Source: Hormiphora californensis (Eukaryota > Animalia > Ctenophora). Taken from it: a DNA stretch of 64,000 bases. The position numbers were made by a program, and so were the translations under genes. The notes under the pieces were generated by a model. The model worked only from the letters and a program-made list of their open reading frames with translations, searched no databases and was not told where the DNA came from. The DNA is taken from the NCBI GenBank assembly GCA_020137815.1, contig CM035361.1, positions 1,426,001 to 1,490,000 of the forward strand, written 5' to 3'. Numbering within the stretch: position 1 is the stretch's first letter; every line of letters starts with the position of its first letter. Of the stretch, positions 1-60,621 are shown one piece after another.

Positions 1-112
1 CACACTCTCAGCCCGATATAACTGAAACGATAAAACGAGTAAGAAAATGATTCAAGAAATTGAGATATTTATATCCTCTCAAAAGATTTTGAGTTTTACA
101 GATACTTAGTAC

Positions 113-221
113 CAGGAACCAACCGAAACAAGTAAACAACCAATCAGAACTCGTTATTTAGGTCACGTGACTGGTTATCAGCCAATCAGGGACCAGTATT
201 TCCTGATTCGGTCGGGTCCTG
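113..221. mobile_element. hAT-like MITE (caggaacc family)
   Basis: CAGG...CCTG inverted termini; 8-bp TSD cttagtac/cttagtag (7/8); the family recurs at 11671, 48404, 49458 and 58237. Confidence 0.8.
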
Positions 222-260
222 CTTAGTAGGTATCTGTAAAACTCAAAATCTTGTACTTAC

Positions 261-1788
261 TGCAATGGGATGGGTCCACTGTTCTGCATACCCACAAAGA
301 CGTAACCCAGACCTGCTGTAATGCTTCCCATTGCTAGTACAACACTTGGATTCCATCCCCATGTATCAACTGGGAGGAGAGGAGGATTATATTGGGACAA
401 AATTCAAGGCTTGAGTTTCAAGGATGTTATGAAAATGATTCGATGATTTTGATTCAAGGATAATCTATGTAAACTTACTCAGGGTGCCAACTGGTGGGGT
501 CCCCAGTGTAAATGCAATGTCTCTGATGAGATAAAATACCCCAATCTCTGCCGTGTTATTGAACCCTGAAAGTAATAATATTGGAAAACAATTTTTGGCC
601 GATCTCACGTTTAGGGTTCTCTCAGATTGAACTCAGAGGGGAGATTGATAAAAAAAATAAACAAGTTGTTACCTTGGATATTAAGATAAGGTGAGAGAGT
701 GGGATCCAGAAATGAGGTACAGGCACATCCAAATGTTGTGGTAACCACAATCAACTGAAATTGTATTATTATTTGATTGACTGGAAAACCTTCATTAAAA
801 TAAATTTTACAGCTGACAGCATATATTTGATCATGTAAACTTACAAGGAATCGAGGGTTGGTGAGGAGGTACCAGGATTTAGTGAACACTTCTGAGGGAG
901 ATACTGGCTCTGAACTACTCTTCGACCAGGACTCTGACCTTCTCAGAACCATCGATACCTGAGATGATAAAATGAAAATCTTCCACACTCTTCCACATTA
1001 GATAAGCCTCGACATGGATAAACTTCCCACTAAAATTTTGACAAACCCGTTTTTCCTTATTCAAAAAGGTTACGAGAATTTTGACCAAATATTGATATTC
1101 CTCTACCGAGAAGCAGAGATAACTGTAACAAGTTCCCCTACCGAGAAGCTAGATGTGAAACAGAGGATGGCAGAGATAACAAAGGGGATGGTGAAGTTGC
1201 TCCATTCGTATACCAAACCTCCCAGTGGTGGGCCAATCATAAAGGAGATGCCAACACAGCTGTTTAGATAACTGTTTACCTGGAAATAATGGAATGAAAA
1301 AAATGGAAGGAAAATAGGAGTGAAATGGTATGAAAGAGAAACTAATTTTCCTGTTTCCTGTTTCGGTTGAGTATATTCTGCAACTCTGAATTAAACTCAT
1401 GTTCACCCTGGCAATTTAAATAACCCGGTTTCAGTATGTTCTATCCTATTTACCCTGGCAAGGTCTCGTGTAAAGCGAGCTGAGACGATTGCAAAAACAG
1501 CCGTATCACTTGCTGCACAACCGATTCCCTGAAGCGCCCGTAACACAAAACTTCCCTGAAAATAGTACGAACTGATTAGTACAAGTGATATGACATCACA
1601 TATTGTCTTCTTGACATTATTTATGACATTATTCAAGACTTGTCACTTTCTCATTCACGACATTATTCAAGACTTGCCACTTTTTCTAGTTATATTATTC
1701 TTACCACTCCATAGATATAAACATTGTCCACTTGATCGATCCCCCCGAAGATAAGGGAACACCCTCCAACAAGAACCAATCCAATCTG

Positions 1789-1841
<53 letters not shown>

Positions 1842-2445
1842 AAAGAGAGAGAGATACTATGATAGTAGGTGGAAGAAAAGTTAACGAGAATAGTAGATGC
1901 TTATATGCAGATATGATTGGGTATTTGTAACCCGGAGCTTTTTATAGACCGAAGAAAATAACTAGGCTATGATAGAAGCTTCACCCTAGAAGGAGTGAGA
2001 AGAAGGAGAAAAAGAGACCGATAAAGTTTCTAGAAGAAGATAGAGATAGAGAGAAGGTCGAACAAAATAGTTTATCCGTGCAGCTTGGGAAAAGTGCCCC
2101 CACCACCATGCAGGGAGCCGACATATCTTATTAGATGAAAGTATTAATGAAGAGAGACGTTGTGGTTGCAATGAAATGAAGCACACATGCCACATGAAGT
2201 TCACACAATGAGGAAAAAACGCAGGTTTGTTCCCTACCCTCCCTCGTTTTAACTATCAGACGACTTGGAGAGACAGCAAAAATCCAAAACTATAAGTGTG
2301 TAAAAGTGTATAAACTTGTATGAAAGTACCTGTAGTAATGCCGGTTGCCCGATGCGTGTCATGAGCACCGCCATTAGGGGTGAAGCGAGCACTGTTGCAG
2401 CATAGTAGACACCCAGAATACCCCCAGTCATGTAGGCTTCAATTC
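261..2445 (-). CDS. MFS transporter, SLC18B1-like (partial; exons 2330-2445, 1705-1785, 1454-1555, 1142-1279, 845-958, 673-754, 479-565, 261-369)
   Basis: GT-AG exons splice in frame to GIEAYMTGGILGVYYAATVLASPLMAVLMTRIGQPALLQ / IGLVLVGG / GSFVLRALQGIGCAASDTAVFAIVSARF / GISFMIGPPLGGLVYEWSNFTIPF / FLDPTLSPYL, matching SLC18B1-type motifs (RxLQGxG, GPPLGG, FLDPTL). First coding exon not located; the 3' end runs off the window. Confidence 0.85.
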
Positions 2446-4478
2446 CTGCAGAGGGATATTGAACTGGTAATAGTTGTTTAGTAACCCCTTTAACTCAACA
2501 AGGTAATAGCTGGGAATAATCAGACAGATACTAAAGGTATAATCAAAAGATATGGGGCTAGAATTAGGTTTAGTTTTACTGAGATTTTTTATCAAAAAAG
2601 ATCTTTTTCCTTTGCAGATCACCACCCACAACTTACCCAAAATGAAACTCACCATGTTTTTCCGCACTGGATGGATAAAATGGGGCACACATGCTGGAAA
2701 CTAGGTTCGTAGAGAACAAGGCGAGACACAACACCGCTACTGTTACTCTGAATAGGGACCTTGAGTATCAAGTTTAGTGCTTTGCTTTATTTTGATTATG
2801 AAATTTTTCATCATTGGCATGAAAGATATAAAGGCTTTGGCAGCTGAGTGGTATAGCTTCGAGCATGTACTAAATAAAGATCTAGAAAGATCTGGAAAGA
2901 TCTGGATTTATACCTCGCTTTCCGTGGATCCATGTTTCTTGTTTCTGTGGTGCACGGTACAGCTTCTTCAACCATTGTGAAACACTATTACTTTCTAAAA
3001 AGGGACTATTTAGTATTATCAAAGTAGCGATGCTTCTCCTAGCTGTGCTACTTTTAAAAATGGATAAGGCATATGTTATGTCAACTTAATGGATTATGTC
3101 AACTCTTTCAAAAGGAATTATTAAGTAATGCTATCACACCAGCACAGCTAGAAGACCAAGGATCAAGGGGATAAGAATGACGTATTTCTCACATCCTATT
3201 CAGCAGGTGTGCAATATAGCTCGGGACCAGATTGTTTAGATCAAAATTAGAAAATCAACTGTCAAAAGACATATGATCCACTGCAGATCGCAAGAAAAGG
3301 TTTTAAATAGGGCAAACATTTCGTAACTATTTATCCAAATCCCCGCCTCTCCCAAGAACTCGACGTTGTAATAAAGTTACCGGGTTCAAAATTGATCAAA
3401 TATGTTGCATTGTCTAGTCAACCAACCACTCTACCAGCAAGTTATGGAGTTTATGGGGGCGACAAGAATTTGAAGAATTTTATGAAATGCACTTTAGCAG
3501 AATAAATATATCAAGGGAAAGGTAAAACTAATCTACTTGTAATTTATGAGACCCACCGCAAACATCCCAGACACATATTAAACAGTGCAGCAAGAACAAC
3601 TACTCTACTTTGTATGTCCTACCCATTAAAAACCACAAGAGGAGATATAGCCTCTCTCTAAAGTTTTGCAAATTCTCTGTACCATAATTCGATATCTTGG
3701 GGGGGGGGGCTGCAATTATAATACACCAGGGGGAGTTATTGGCTTTGCGCTCCATGCACCCATTTGGTTGCAATGTACCTATGGAAGCCCCCCTCTAACT
3801 GGTCAGGATCGGATATGTCCCAGCTCTGATTTTATACGGGGTCAACTATTCGAATATACCCTCATATCACAGGCCCCCGTGGTATAGGTAGGGGGCCGTG
3901 GGAAGGGTATTGAGATCAATAAAGTTTGGTAAAAATCATAATTAGGGACCAACTTACAAATAACTTGTACTGATATCACATATATAAGTTGCTCTGTAAC
4001 AATTAACAAACTATATATCATTCTACTGCCACCTATATAGAGTTATACTAGGGTATAATACCCAGATAGCTCGTATAACCCGGATGTATCAAATATAATT
4101 AGGCCCGGATAGTCTTCTGGAATAATTTTCATACCCCCTCTTTTATTGCAGTTGAGTAAGGTTACTCAACAATTCTTTCACAGATCACAATCTCGTCAGT
4201 CTATCAAGTATCTCAAGTACTAAGTATTATCATATCCCCTCCCCTCCTGCTACTATATCATCACCAGTCAGTGGTTGAAAACCTGCACGTGAGGCTTATG
4301 TAGGCTCATGCGATTTGTGTTTGCCGGTTCATACTCTATCGAGAACAATTGATATATGTGGAATAAAATACTTATAGATATACTAAGGATAAGGTAAGAA
4401 ATACTAAGAATACCTATAAGATTATTTTACCAACTATCGTACAGTTTAAAATTACCATAACTATTGCAGTTTAAAATA

Positions 4479-4582
4479 CATTCTAAAAGTAACAATCTCG
4501 CGCGCGATTTTAACGGCGTGTTAATATTTTGTCATCCAACGCGACCGTCAAAATCGTGCGTGAGATTGTTACTTTTAGAATG
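4479..4582. repeat. Imperfect hairpin / small MITE
   Basis: cattctaaaagtaacaatctc...gagattgttacttttagaatg inverted arms of about 45 bp. Confidence 0.6.
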
Positions 4583-4807
4583 GGGAGAGAAATTTTAACG
4601 GCCGCTGGTGTGTGCAGGTTTAAAATCAAAATTTTAATTTTAATTTTAACTTTGGTGTGTGGTGACCCTTACTATTTGAGGACGCGGCCCTAATTAAATT
4701 ATGTAATCCACGTGTTCGCGCAGTGGGTGATTTCCAACTCACGCCACACAGAAAAAGGCAATAACAATTATATCCAGTATGTACTACTAGGTGACCACTA
4801 TTATATT

Positions 4808-4933
4808 TAGTCAGACCCCGATTTACCGGGCCCCGATTTACCGGAACCCCGATTTACCGGGAGGATAAACTTCCTCCGATAGACAAAATCAACGGTATTT
4901 CCCTGAGTATCCCGGTAAATCGGGGTCCGACTA
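4808..4933. mobile_element. Tc1/pogo-like MITE (cagtcggacccc family), degenerate
   Basis: tagtcagaccccgatttaccggg...gtaaatcggggtccgacta inverted termini; same family as 34239, 49334 and 59369. Confidence 0.7.
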
Positions 4934-7900
4934 TACACAATAATTTCAGGGAGGGGGGAGTAGTTAAACAAACTACTGATGAGGTCGTTAAGTAAGGGTA
5001 CTATATGCATAAGTATGTGTTTTAGGGGCACGTTATTAACCCCCCACTTGATCCTGTGTGGACTAGGGAGGTTGATGAAAACACACGGGGGGGGGGGCCA
5101 AAATGCGCGGCTTAACAAGCGCGTTCTTATTTATTAGCAAAAAATACGTATTAAATACGTATTTATAGCGTATTTACGCGCTATTTAAATACGTATTTGC
5201 GCAAAAAATACGTATTTAATTCTGACTAGGGGGGGGCAAGGAGGGAGGGGGGCAAGGAGGGAGGGGGTAAGGAGGGAAGCGGCCGGAGCACACATGGGGG
5301 CCAAGGAGGGAGGGGGCAGTAGCACGTGTGCAGAATCTTCAGATAGTACTGAGTACCAAGTTGAAAACCACGCGTTGTGTTACGCATCATTTAGGGGTGT
5401 GGACAGTGTGGAGAGATTATTGAAAGACCATGATGATGAGAAGATATTACGATCTTGTTCAATGTTCCATGATGCACTGATGAATGTTTAACCGTATATT
5501 AGGAACTAAACATGGAATTTAGGGATACAAGATATCACCAGTAGATTGGGGAACTGCTGAAGTTGACATGTGAGCTTACGCCTTACGCGAGCCCGAAGCG
5601 CTTAACTCGCCGAATGGACAGACTGCGTAGCAATAGCATGGCAATGCTATGAAGCCGCCCAGCTGGTACAACAGTTGTTTTACTTCTTAAGTAGTCTGCT
5701 TCAATCCCCTCTACTAATGATCTCTGATTGAATCCTCACGAAGTCCCGTGCAACAACAGGTTTCTTAGCTGATTAATCGTATCAGTTGTACGTGTTGCAC
5801 CTCACGAAATTATTGAAGATCAATTCGATACCTTTTTAGTTGTTAGTCTCCTAAATCCCTAATTCCTAAAGATCATTAGTGATGAGGCCAGAGTTTTAAC
5901 TCGCTACCCTCAAAGCACTGCGAGTAGTATACTACAACAGATAAAACACAAAAACTCTGAGGCTAATCTATAAGACACTCGTTTACTGTTCAACTAATAT
6001 ATCAACTGGCCTATGGGTATCCTAGTTTGGTGACATTGACACCTGAGTGAGATCGCCGTCGGGCGTCGCGATACATGCGAAGCGAGAATAGGTTGCAATG
6101 GATCCTGGTACGTGGTTCAGTATAGGCTAAAGTATATAGATATCATGGGGGTATGTTTGATATATCGTTAGCTAATAGGAATTCTCGACATGCTACCGTA
6201 TCTGAATACATGTACGATCAAGGTTCATAAGAATAGTTCTAGCTCTGTATCAAATCAAGGGATCAGTGACGTGGGTTGGAGATGAGTTGATACGAACTAG
6301 AATTGGCATTTTGCCCAATTAGATATCGTATCGAGTGGTCCAAATTTAAACTCTGTGGTTATCTCAATATCTCATTATTCTAGTTTATAATAAGGGCCTA
6401 TAATACTGCGGGTGACTTTTCAGCTAATGAAAGACAAAACAAAAGAACAACAGATCCCTTTCTCAAAATCGAGTTCTTTCTTTCCTGAACACTAGCTTCT
6501 AGCTTTCACACCTATAGAGTGAGATGAATATCTAGCAGTAGAAGACGCTCTGGAAGGAGATAGGTTAAATGATTTATAGACTTGCTAAAACCACCAGCTG
6601 CTTCAGCCACGAGAAGACAATGGAAGCTTTAGCTACTATAGGGAAAACGCCTTATTGCGTAAAAGCTGGGGCAGTGCAGGCACCGCATATTTGTTAGTCA
6701 TACGGCAGTGAGCTCTGGAATTTGCATCGAACGTATGTGATCTGTGCTAGTGAGAAGTTCGGAGCCACTACCACCAGATGTTTCAGCCACGTAGCGTTGG
6801 ACAATGGAACCTTTAATTCCTAAAGCTGGAAAACTCCTCATTGAGTAAATGGGGCATCACATACGGCACCACATACGGCAGTGAGAACTGGTCGAGTGGG
6901 GTCTGTGGTACTGAGAACTTGAGTTCGGGGCACCACAGACGGCGGTGCGAACTCCTATAGTACGCGACAATATGTACTCGACTACATGTCCAGCATACTC
7001 CCATATCTGAGACACCCTCCCCGAATCACTAAGATCCGCCATCGCAGACTTGTAGTCCCCCAAAGATAAACTTGAGTCGCTTGACACTGTTTCCGTGCTC
7101 CGTGTATGAACAATTCAAAGATAAACGCGGAAACCGGTAATAAATCTATAATATCACAGTATCAGTACTGATGAGGCTTTCGTAAGGCATGAGTTCGGAT
7201 TTTAATAATTTAATATGGTATATCTAAACTATCGCAAAGATTCGACGGAGCCCTTAGTCAGGCCTGATCAGGCTTGCCTTGTTCGACCCTCTCTCTCTCC
7301 GCGACCCGTAACGGAGAAAAAAAGGTTTGATCAATTAATGCCACCTTCGGGGGAGCACTATAATGGACTAAAAAGCTTTTAATGAACACCAGACAGGGGG
7401 ATCTAAATTATTGCATTTGACAATGGTTTTGTAGACACACATGCCGGGGAATGGTAGTGAGAGAGGGGCGACATGGGGTAATGCACTCAAAATGGTATTT
7501 TCCGAATGACATTAAATACCCACGTGACAAGAACTAAAAGACACTAAATACTATTCAGTAAATAGGGAACTACTACTATTATTATAGTAGGGACCTATTA
7601 AATAGCCTTTTATATAGAGTGGTGCGGGGAAATGAAGTGGCATGTGTCATACCTGCATGACCGGTTTCATTTTCCCTGCTCGAAGATTGGTCAATGGTCG
7701 TGATGCATGAGCTGGGAGGGGTTGAAACTATTCGTTTAGAAGCTGCACTAAAAATTGGATATTCCACACTTTCTAGCTACGAAGTATAGGGTAGATAGAC
7801 AATGACATTGCATCTAGCAAAATGAAACCTCCTTTTCTCATTTTCAATTTATCACCGTTGCACATGTGAGCCTTATAGTAGCTGTGACGTGGGCTGTACT

Positions 7901-8358
7901 GCAAGTCTGAATCAGCTGAATATAGGGTGATGAACATTAGACGCATCTAGACGACAAATTCGGAACTATTTTTCCTATAAGGAAACTATTCAATTTCAGA
8001 ATGGCAGATGAAAATCTGAACGGCTCTATAAGCATGCAGTTCTGCAGTTCTCCTTTCCAGGAACCGAATATTAGGCAGCGGATTACGGGGGCCCGGATGA
8101 GATGCTAGAACTGTCCGGACAGTCAACATTCCGGGGAAGGATATCGTACTACAAAACTTCAGGTTATCAAGTTATCACCATGAAATGGTCAAATGGTAAA
8201 CCGCATCGACTTGGGACGATGGTGCAACCGCGTGAATGAATACTCGGTAGTGGCTGTAGAAAATATAGCAATCGGAAATTATGTCAAATAATGTACCACG
8301 CTGAAGGGTTTTGCAACGATTCTATTCAGGGAGAGATGGACAGGAAGAGAGAAGGAGG

Positions 8359-8361
<3 letters not shown>

Positions 8362-8422
<61 letters not shown>

Positions 8423-8777
8423 AGTACCGATAGGGAGAGTTTGGAGCTACTGATACTGCTCCAATCAAGAATTGGGAAATAAGGGGGATAGTAAGATGAT
8501 GGGCGACTGGCATACACGTGATCAGTTGCACGTGGGGCTTTGAAGCGCAATAACTGTGTTCAAGCCGTGATGCGATTAAGTTAAGTGTGATTGTGCAAAA
8601 ACAGGGAGTGAGAGAGAGTGAGAGAGAGAGAGAGATAGAGAGAGAGATTCAGCACTAGCAACACTGTTGAAGACAATAGGAGAAGGGTTTTTAGATTGGA
8701 TTGACCTCGTCATGCGCCCTTGCAAGCATTCAGCTGATAGACAGAGAGAGAGATAGAGAGGAAACTGATAGAAACGC

Positions 8778-8832
<55 letters not shown>

Positions 8833-9134
8833 GGAGATAAGAGAGAGATAGAGAGAGGAGAGAATCATATGTGACATTTTTAAGATCATATTTAGATATC
8901 AGAGTGATAGAGAGTGAAGTAGAGAGATGAAGAGAGAGAGAGAGAGAGATATAGAGAGGGAAGAGAGATAGAGAGAGATAGGAGAATCATAGAATAGGAT
9001 CATATTTATATCATAGATTAACGTGATGAGAGTAGATAGATTTAGAGATAGATAGAGATGATATATAATATAGAAGAGAGAGAGATAGAGAGAATAGTTA
9101 TAGAGAGAGATCAAGTATATGAGAATAGAGATCA

Positions 9135-9187
<53 letters not shown>

Positions 9188-9829
9188 AAGTGAAAACTTG
9201 TTGTAAGAGAGCTGAGAGCTAGGGATATGATTCATATTATGAATTGTATTATGCAGTAGCTAGCAGTCAATGATCACATCAGAATCAGAAGAAATTGTGA
9301 GTAACTCACAGAGAAAGAACATATTGACATAGTTATATAGCATTGAGTAGACTGATGCTAGTAGACTGAAATTGATATTGTTTAGAGACTCGCACAGCTC
9401 TGGATACCTGATCAATTGATAGAAATTGATTCTGTTGTGGTCCTTTACCTCCCTTATCCCTGAGATCACTCTCAATTGCAGATTGTTGAAGAACTACAAA
9501 CGACGTGATCTAGTAGATGCATTAAATTTCTCAGATGTACACAGGAACATGATACCTGCTCAATATATGAAAGGGAAGATTCTTGGCCATTTACCCACCT
9601 AATTCACCTGTGGTGAAAGGTGGTGACAATAGTATAGTATTCCGAGATGTGATGCTGCTCATTGTGAGTTCTGGTCCCACCATGCCATACTTCTTTCCAA
9701 ACAAAGCCCCACATGCTCCTGCACCAAGTCTTTCACAATGTGATTTTAATTGGCACATTGTGCACCCTTTCTGCACAGCTCTGTGGGTACACAATACTTG
9801 AATTATTCAATTAATTGGGGAACAATTAT

Positions 9830-9898
<69 letters not shown>

Positions 9899-10100
9899 GA
9901 GGGATAGCGATAGAGAGAGAGAGAGAGAGAGAGAGATATAGAGACAATAGAGAGATAGAGATAGATGAGATATGCTGATATATCTAGAGATAGCGCTTAG
10001 ATCTCGCTCTAGCTAGAGCTCTCTCTTCTCTCGCGCTCGCTATGCTATCTCTCTCTCTCTCTCCTCAGATCTCTTCTCTCTCTATCGCTCCTCTCTCTCT
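8362..10100. repeat. Cluster of (GA)n/(CT)n microsatellites, partly degenerate
   Basis: Pure (GA)n runs at about 8362-8417, 9137-9184 and 9832-9940 with degraded GA-rich DNA between them. Confidence 0.9.
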
Positions 10101-11670
10101 TATGCTAAGATCTTACCTTCTACTCTCACATTGTGGGAAAACACATGCAATGGAAACTGCAAAGTGACATATTTCTTGATAGGCTACACATATACAGTCG
10201 CTTACAATTACAGCTGCTCTTGCAAGAGCTTCACAAGATCTATTGTGAAGTCAAAGCAACGAGGCCGATTGTGAGGGACACAGCTGTGAAGCTGGCCCGG
10301 CTCAGAATTATTAGCGAGAAAGCTGAGAGCCTTTTCAATGCAGCAACCAGCCAACCTTTGCTGAGTACTCAACAAGCCAACCTATAGTCGTCCGGGAAGG
10401 CCATAATTTAGATTGGTGACATATAGACACCTGGCGCGACCCCCGCACACAGCTCAATCTCGGTCGCGCCAGGTGTCTATGTCACCAAAATTTAGATCCC
10501 AAACTAGGAATTATAGAAGACGCTTTGTTGCAGCTCTAGATCTGACAGGATGACAGCTATCCCAGCTAGTCATTCTATCAGATCTAATAGACAGATAGTC
10601 GAATATTGGATTGACCAGCTGCCTAGTGCACAGCGCAACTTTCACTGCAAGGAAAGACTAGGGCACATAATGCCGTTCCCTATAATAATAATAATATCCT
10701 ACTCTCCTAGAAGCTGGTGCAGAGGTGGAGTTGATGCAGAGGTGGAGTTGCAACTAGTTGGTGCAGGGGGACCAAGAATCATAACATATGCAGTGAAAAT
10801 GGGATAAGGAGAGGTAGTTGTTGGGGTAATGGGGTAGTTTATATAGGCTGTATGCATTGCATACTATGCCACCCAGTGCCTGCTCTTGCATTCAACAGTC
10901 AGCCGAAAGTTCCTTCTAGTTCTGGGTATTCCTGATTCCAGCAGCTGCCTGACCGCGTCTGCAGTGGTGCCGACCCGATTTGAGGCCCTCAGATCGGGTC
11001 GGCGCCACTGTTTGGAGAATCAAAACGGGGCCTGACGCTGCCAGACAGTTCCACGATGACGACACCGCGTCAGGTTTAACGGATCATGGGAGCCATGACT
11101 CTTCAGACTCTTGATCACAGATCACAGAGCGAATAAAGACGTCATCAAGTTGTGCTAATCTTTATTAGCTCAAGACTTGTTGAGTAAGCCCCTTACTCAA
11201 CAAGTCAATACGAGATCCATGGGCACCCCTTTCCACTGTGGGACACATTCGATAAACACAGTGGTTACATTATTTTGAAGAAAATAGGTGCTGAAAGTAG
11301 CATTACAAACATATGTTTCCATACAATGACTCATTTCCGGGTTATTATTTTAGGTTCTAATTGCTCGTAGTAAACAGAAACAGATCACAGATACAACCTG
11401 TCTGGCGGCGCCATACCCCAACGACAGTGCGCTCAGATGGGGTCGGCGGCGCCAGACAGGGCACAACTGTTTCAACTCAAATTGAGGACATATAATATGG
11501 ATCCTATTAACATATTAACTCGCTACGCTTTTTAAAATTTAAATGAAAAAACCATAAAACCTTGTCAAAAAGTCTTGAAAATCAATAGCACGTCTTTGCC
11601 GCACACAACTTCGTATTACGCGGAACAAACAAACAATCTTCTGAGCCAAAAGTAGGTCACTACAGAACAC

Positions 11671-11787
11671 CAGGAACCGACAGAATCAGGAAATAATGGC
11701 CCCTGATTGGCTGATAACCAGTCACGTGACCTAAATAACGAGTTCTGATTGGTTGTTTACTTGTGTCGGACCGTCGGTCGGTTCCTG
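11671..11787. mobile_element. hAT-like MITE (caggaacc family)
   Basis: caggaaccgac...gtcggttcctg termini; TSD cagaacac/cataacac (7/8). Confidence 0.8.
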
Positions 11788-12023
11788 CATAACACACGCA
11801 CGTGGTATTATATCAGCGGGTGTCCCTTATAAACACGGCACAACAAACTTCCCAGCAGATTATTTCTCACAAATTGAAACTCAACAGCTCAAAAACAAGA
11901 ACCACAATGATCTCGATACACTTGGTTTACACAGCTCAGTCTTTCTTAATTGTCCAAAATAAAAGTCCAAACACAATCCCTGGCATCTCCATATATGGAC
12001 ATGGCCATATTTGGGCACACATT

Positions 12024-58464
<46,441 letters not shown>

Positions 58465-59230
58465 CTGTGGGAGAAGGAGGGTGTTAGGAGGGTAGGTAAT
58501 CTTTCGAATTTAGTTGGTTGAGATCCTGTAAAGTGCTCGATCCGAGTGTTTCAAGTAAAACAAGTTTTTACCGAAAAATCACTATTAGCAACCTAAGCTA
58601 TGGGGAACGGGAAGTGGAGGGATTTTTACGGTACACTTGGGAAATGACTAAGGTGTCTCCCTTTCCCTCTCTCCTGTTTCTCTATCCAACACACTTTTAA
58701 TACTGTGTGTGTCCCCTATTACCCTATCTAGCTTACTGGCAGTAGGCTACTGCTGCAGTAGAGAAATATAATAGAGGATAGGAATATGTAGCCTACTGCT
58801 CTATCATAGTGGACGACCACGTACTGGATAGGCTATAAAAGGTTACAGAGTTGGTCGGGATGGAATCAATTTGAAAACAAGCACGTGGAATACCGGAAGG
58901 TATCACCCTGGCCTTCTTAGTTCTTCTTTCTTCTCTCTCCCTCCCATTCTACCTCCCTCTCTTTGTCGCCCCAGGATACCAATACTTTCTTTATTGTTTA
59001 CGTGGTGCTAGAATCACTTCCACCTCTCCTCCACAGTCCACCACTAGAAGTGCAATCCAACTGTAGTATTAGATTCTTGTACCATCTTCCAGTACAACTG
59101 CACCCCCAGCTTTACTTGAGGTGTAAGCGCTCCATCAATATTGTCATCCCGTCAATAGGAGCCAGCCGGGATATTATCTTTATTATATACATTGTGTATT
59201 ATATTGATTTTTATCCTTTTACAAATCAAA

Positions 59231-60436
59231 TCTACTACAGGAGTACTATTTAGTACTATTTAGTACTATTTAGTACTATTTAGTACTATTTAGTACTATT
59301 TAGTACTATTTAGTACTATTTAGTAATATTTAGTAATATTTAGTAATATTTAGTAATATTTAGTACTACAGTCGGACCCCGATTTAGGGGCCCCCGATTT
59401 AGTGGCACACCGATTTAGGGACAGATTTTTTTTTCCCCGATATAAGAAATTAACCTTATTTGACCCCGATTTAGTGGACACCCCGATTTAGTGGACAAGA
59501 GCCTTTCCCCCGAGGGTGTCCCTAAATCGGGGTCCGACTGTATTTCCAATCTGTTGTGGGGCTATTTCAACACCAAAAGGTCACGGCATATAAAATCTAG
59601 AAAACACCTTGATCTGTAACTATATTAGAATAAGCCTTGTTATTCATTTGCTGTTCGAGTGGTAATTTTGTCCATTTAGTTGTATAAATCCCCAAAGAAA
59701 TTACTTGACGTGTTGGTATTGACGCACGGGGGAGGGATTATAGCTACCAACAAAGAACTGTCATTTAATGGGAAGTGGCCGAAGAAGGGACAGACGTCAA
59801 TCTAGGCCAATAATGATACTAACTCTAGAATTATCTGACAAATCATACTACTTACTATTCAAATTGTCAGTGCTACATCACCTAGCAACTACACCTGCAC
59901 GTGCAATTATTAGAGGGACCTGGAGACCTCTCTCCCAATTGCAGTTGGGTACCAAGGGGAAATTCAATTCTGCACGTGCATTCTTTTCTGTCCTGATGTC
60001 TAACTCTTCAACCCCAAGCGCTATTTGGCAACGGTCATCTGGGTCCGGAAGATCTGCTGCTGTCAGGGAGCGGGCTAGAGAATATGACAGATTACGCCAA
60101 CGTTTTCAAGCGAGCCAATCAACGACTACGGATAGCTTTACCCAACGTCGTCCAAGGGTTATTACTCCAGTCGAATATAGAAATCTCCGAATCGGCTACA
60201 TAGCGGCCAAGTTTTCACGTGATGAATTTCTGGAACAGCACTGCATCAGGCACCTCCATGACATTGATCTCTTAAATTCGCACCTTGACATTGTCAGGAA
60301 GCCCAGAGCGTACAACAACATGGGTAGGGAGAAAGTGAGAGATAGGCTAGGAACGGATGGTTCAGGTGATGTCAGCGTTCCCTAATCCAGCTACCATTTC
60401 CCCGAAATTCGCCCGTAGGGCGAACGGGCCTACTAG
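59231..60436 (+). mobile_element. Non-autonomous Helitron
   Basis: 3' hairpin gcccgt-agggcga-acgggc then ctaCTAG|T; candidate 5' A|TCTACT at 59231 followed by (tagtactatt)n. The 5' end is less certain. Confidence 0.6.
59369..59540. mobile_element. Tc1/pogo-like MITE
   Basis: cagtcggacccc TIRs, TA TSD; near-identical to 34239-34410. Confidence 0.88.
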
Positions 60437-60621
60437 TGTATTATATTCGATATCGTATCAGTAATATGATGAGATAACAAAGACTTGTAGCAGTTGCTTC
60501 TGTCTCTTGATCATGCTTTTGTGTTTTAGTTGAATAGCAGTGCCGATCCTTGTTGCCTTTTCCCTAAACAACTCCTGATGTTTTTATCTCTAACAAATGC
60601 AACGTCAATGCAGTATTTTAC

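Noticed and set aside
7168-7200. CTGATGAG hammerhead-like core
   Set aside because: No GAAA after stem II and no stems I/III found.
5500-10800. Short ORFs and possible exons, including a candidate first exon of the SLC18B1-like gene
   Set aside because: No recognisable motif or consistent splice frame; the sequence looks error-rich.
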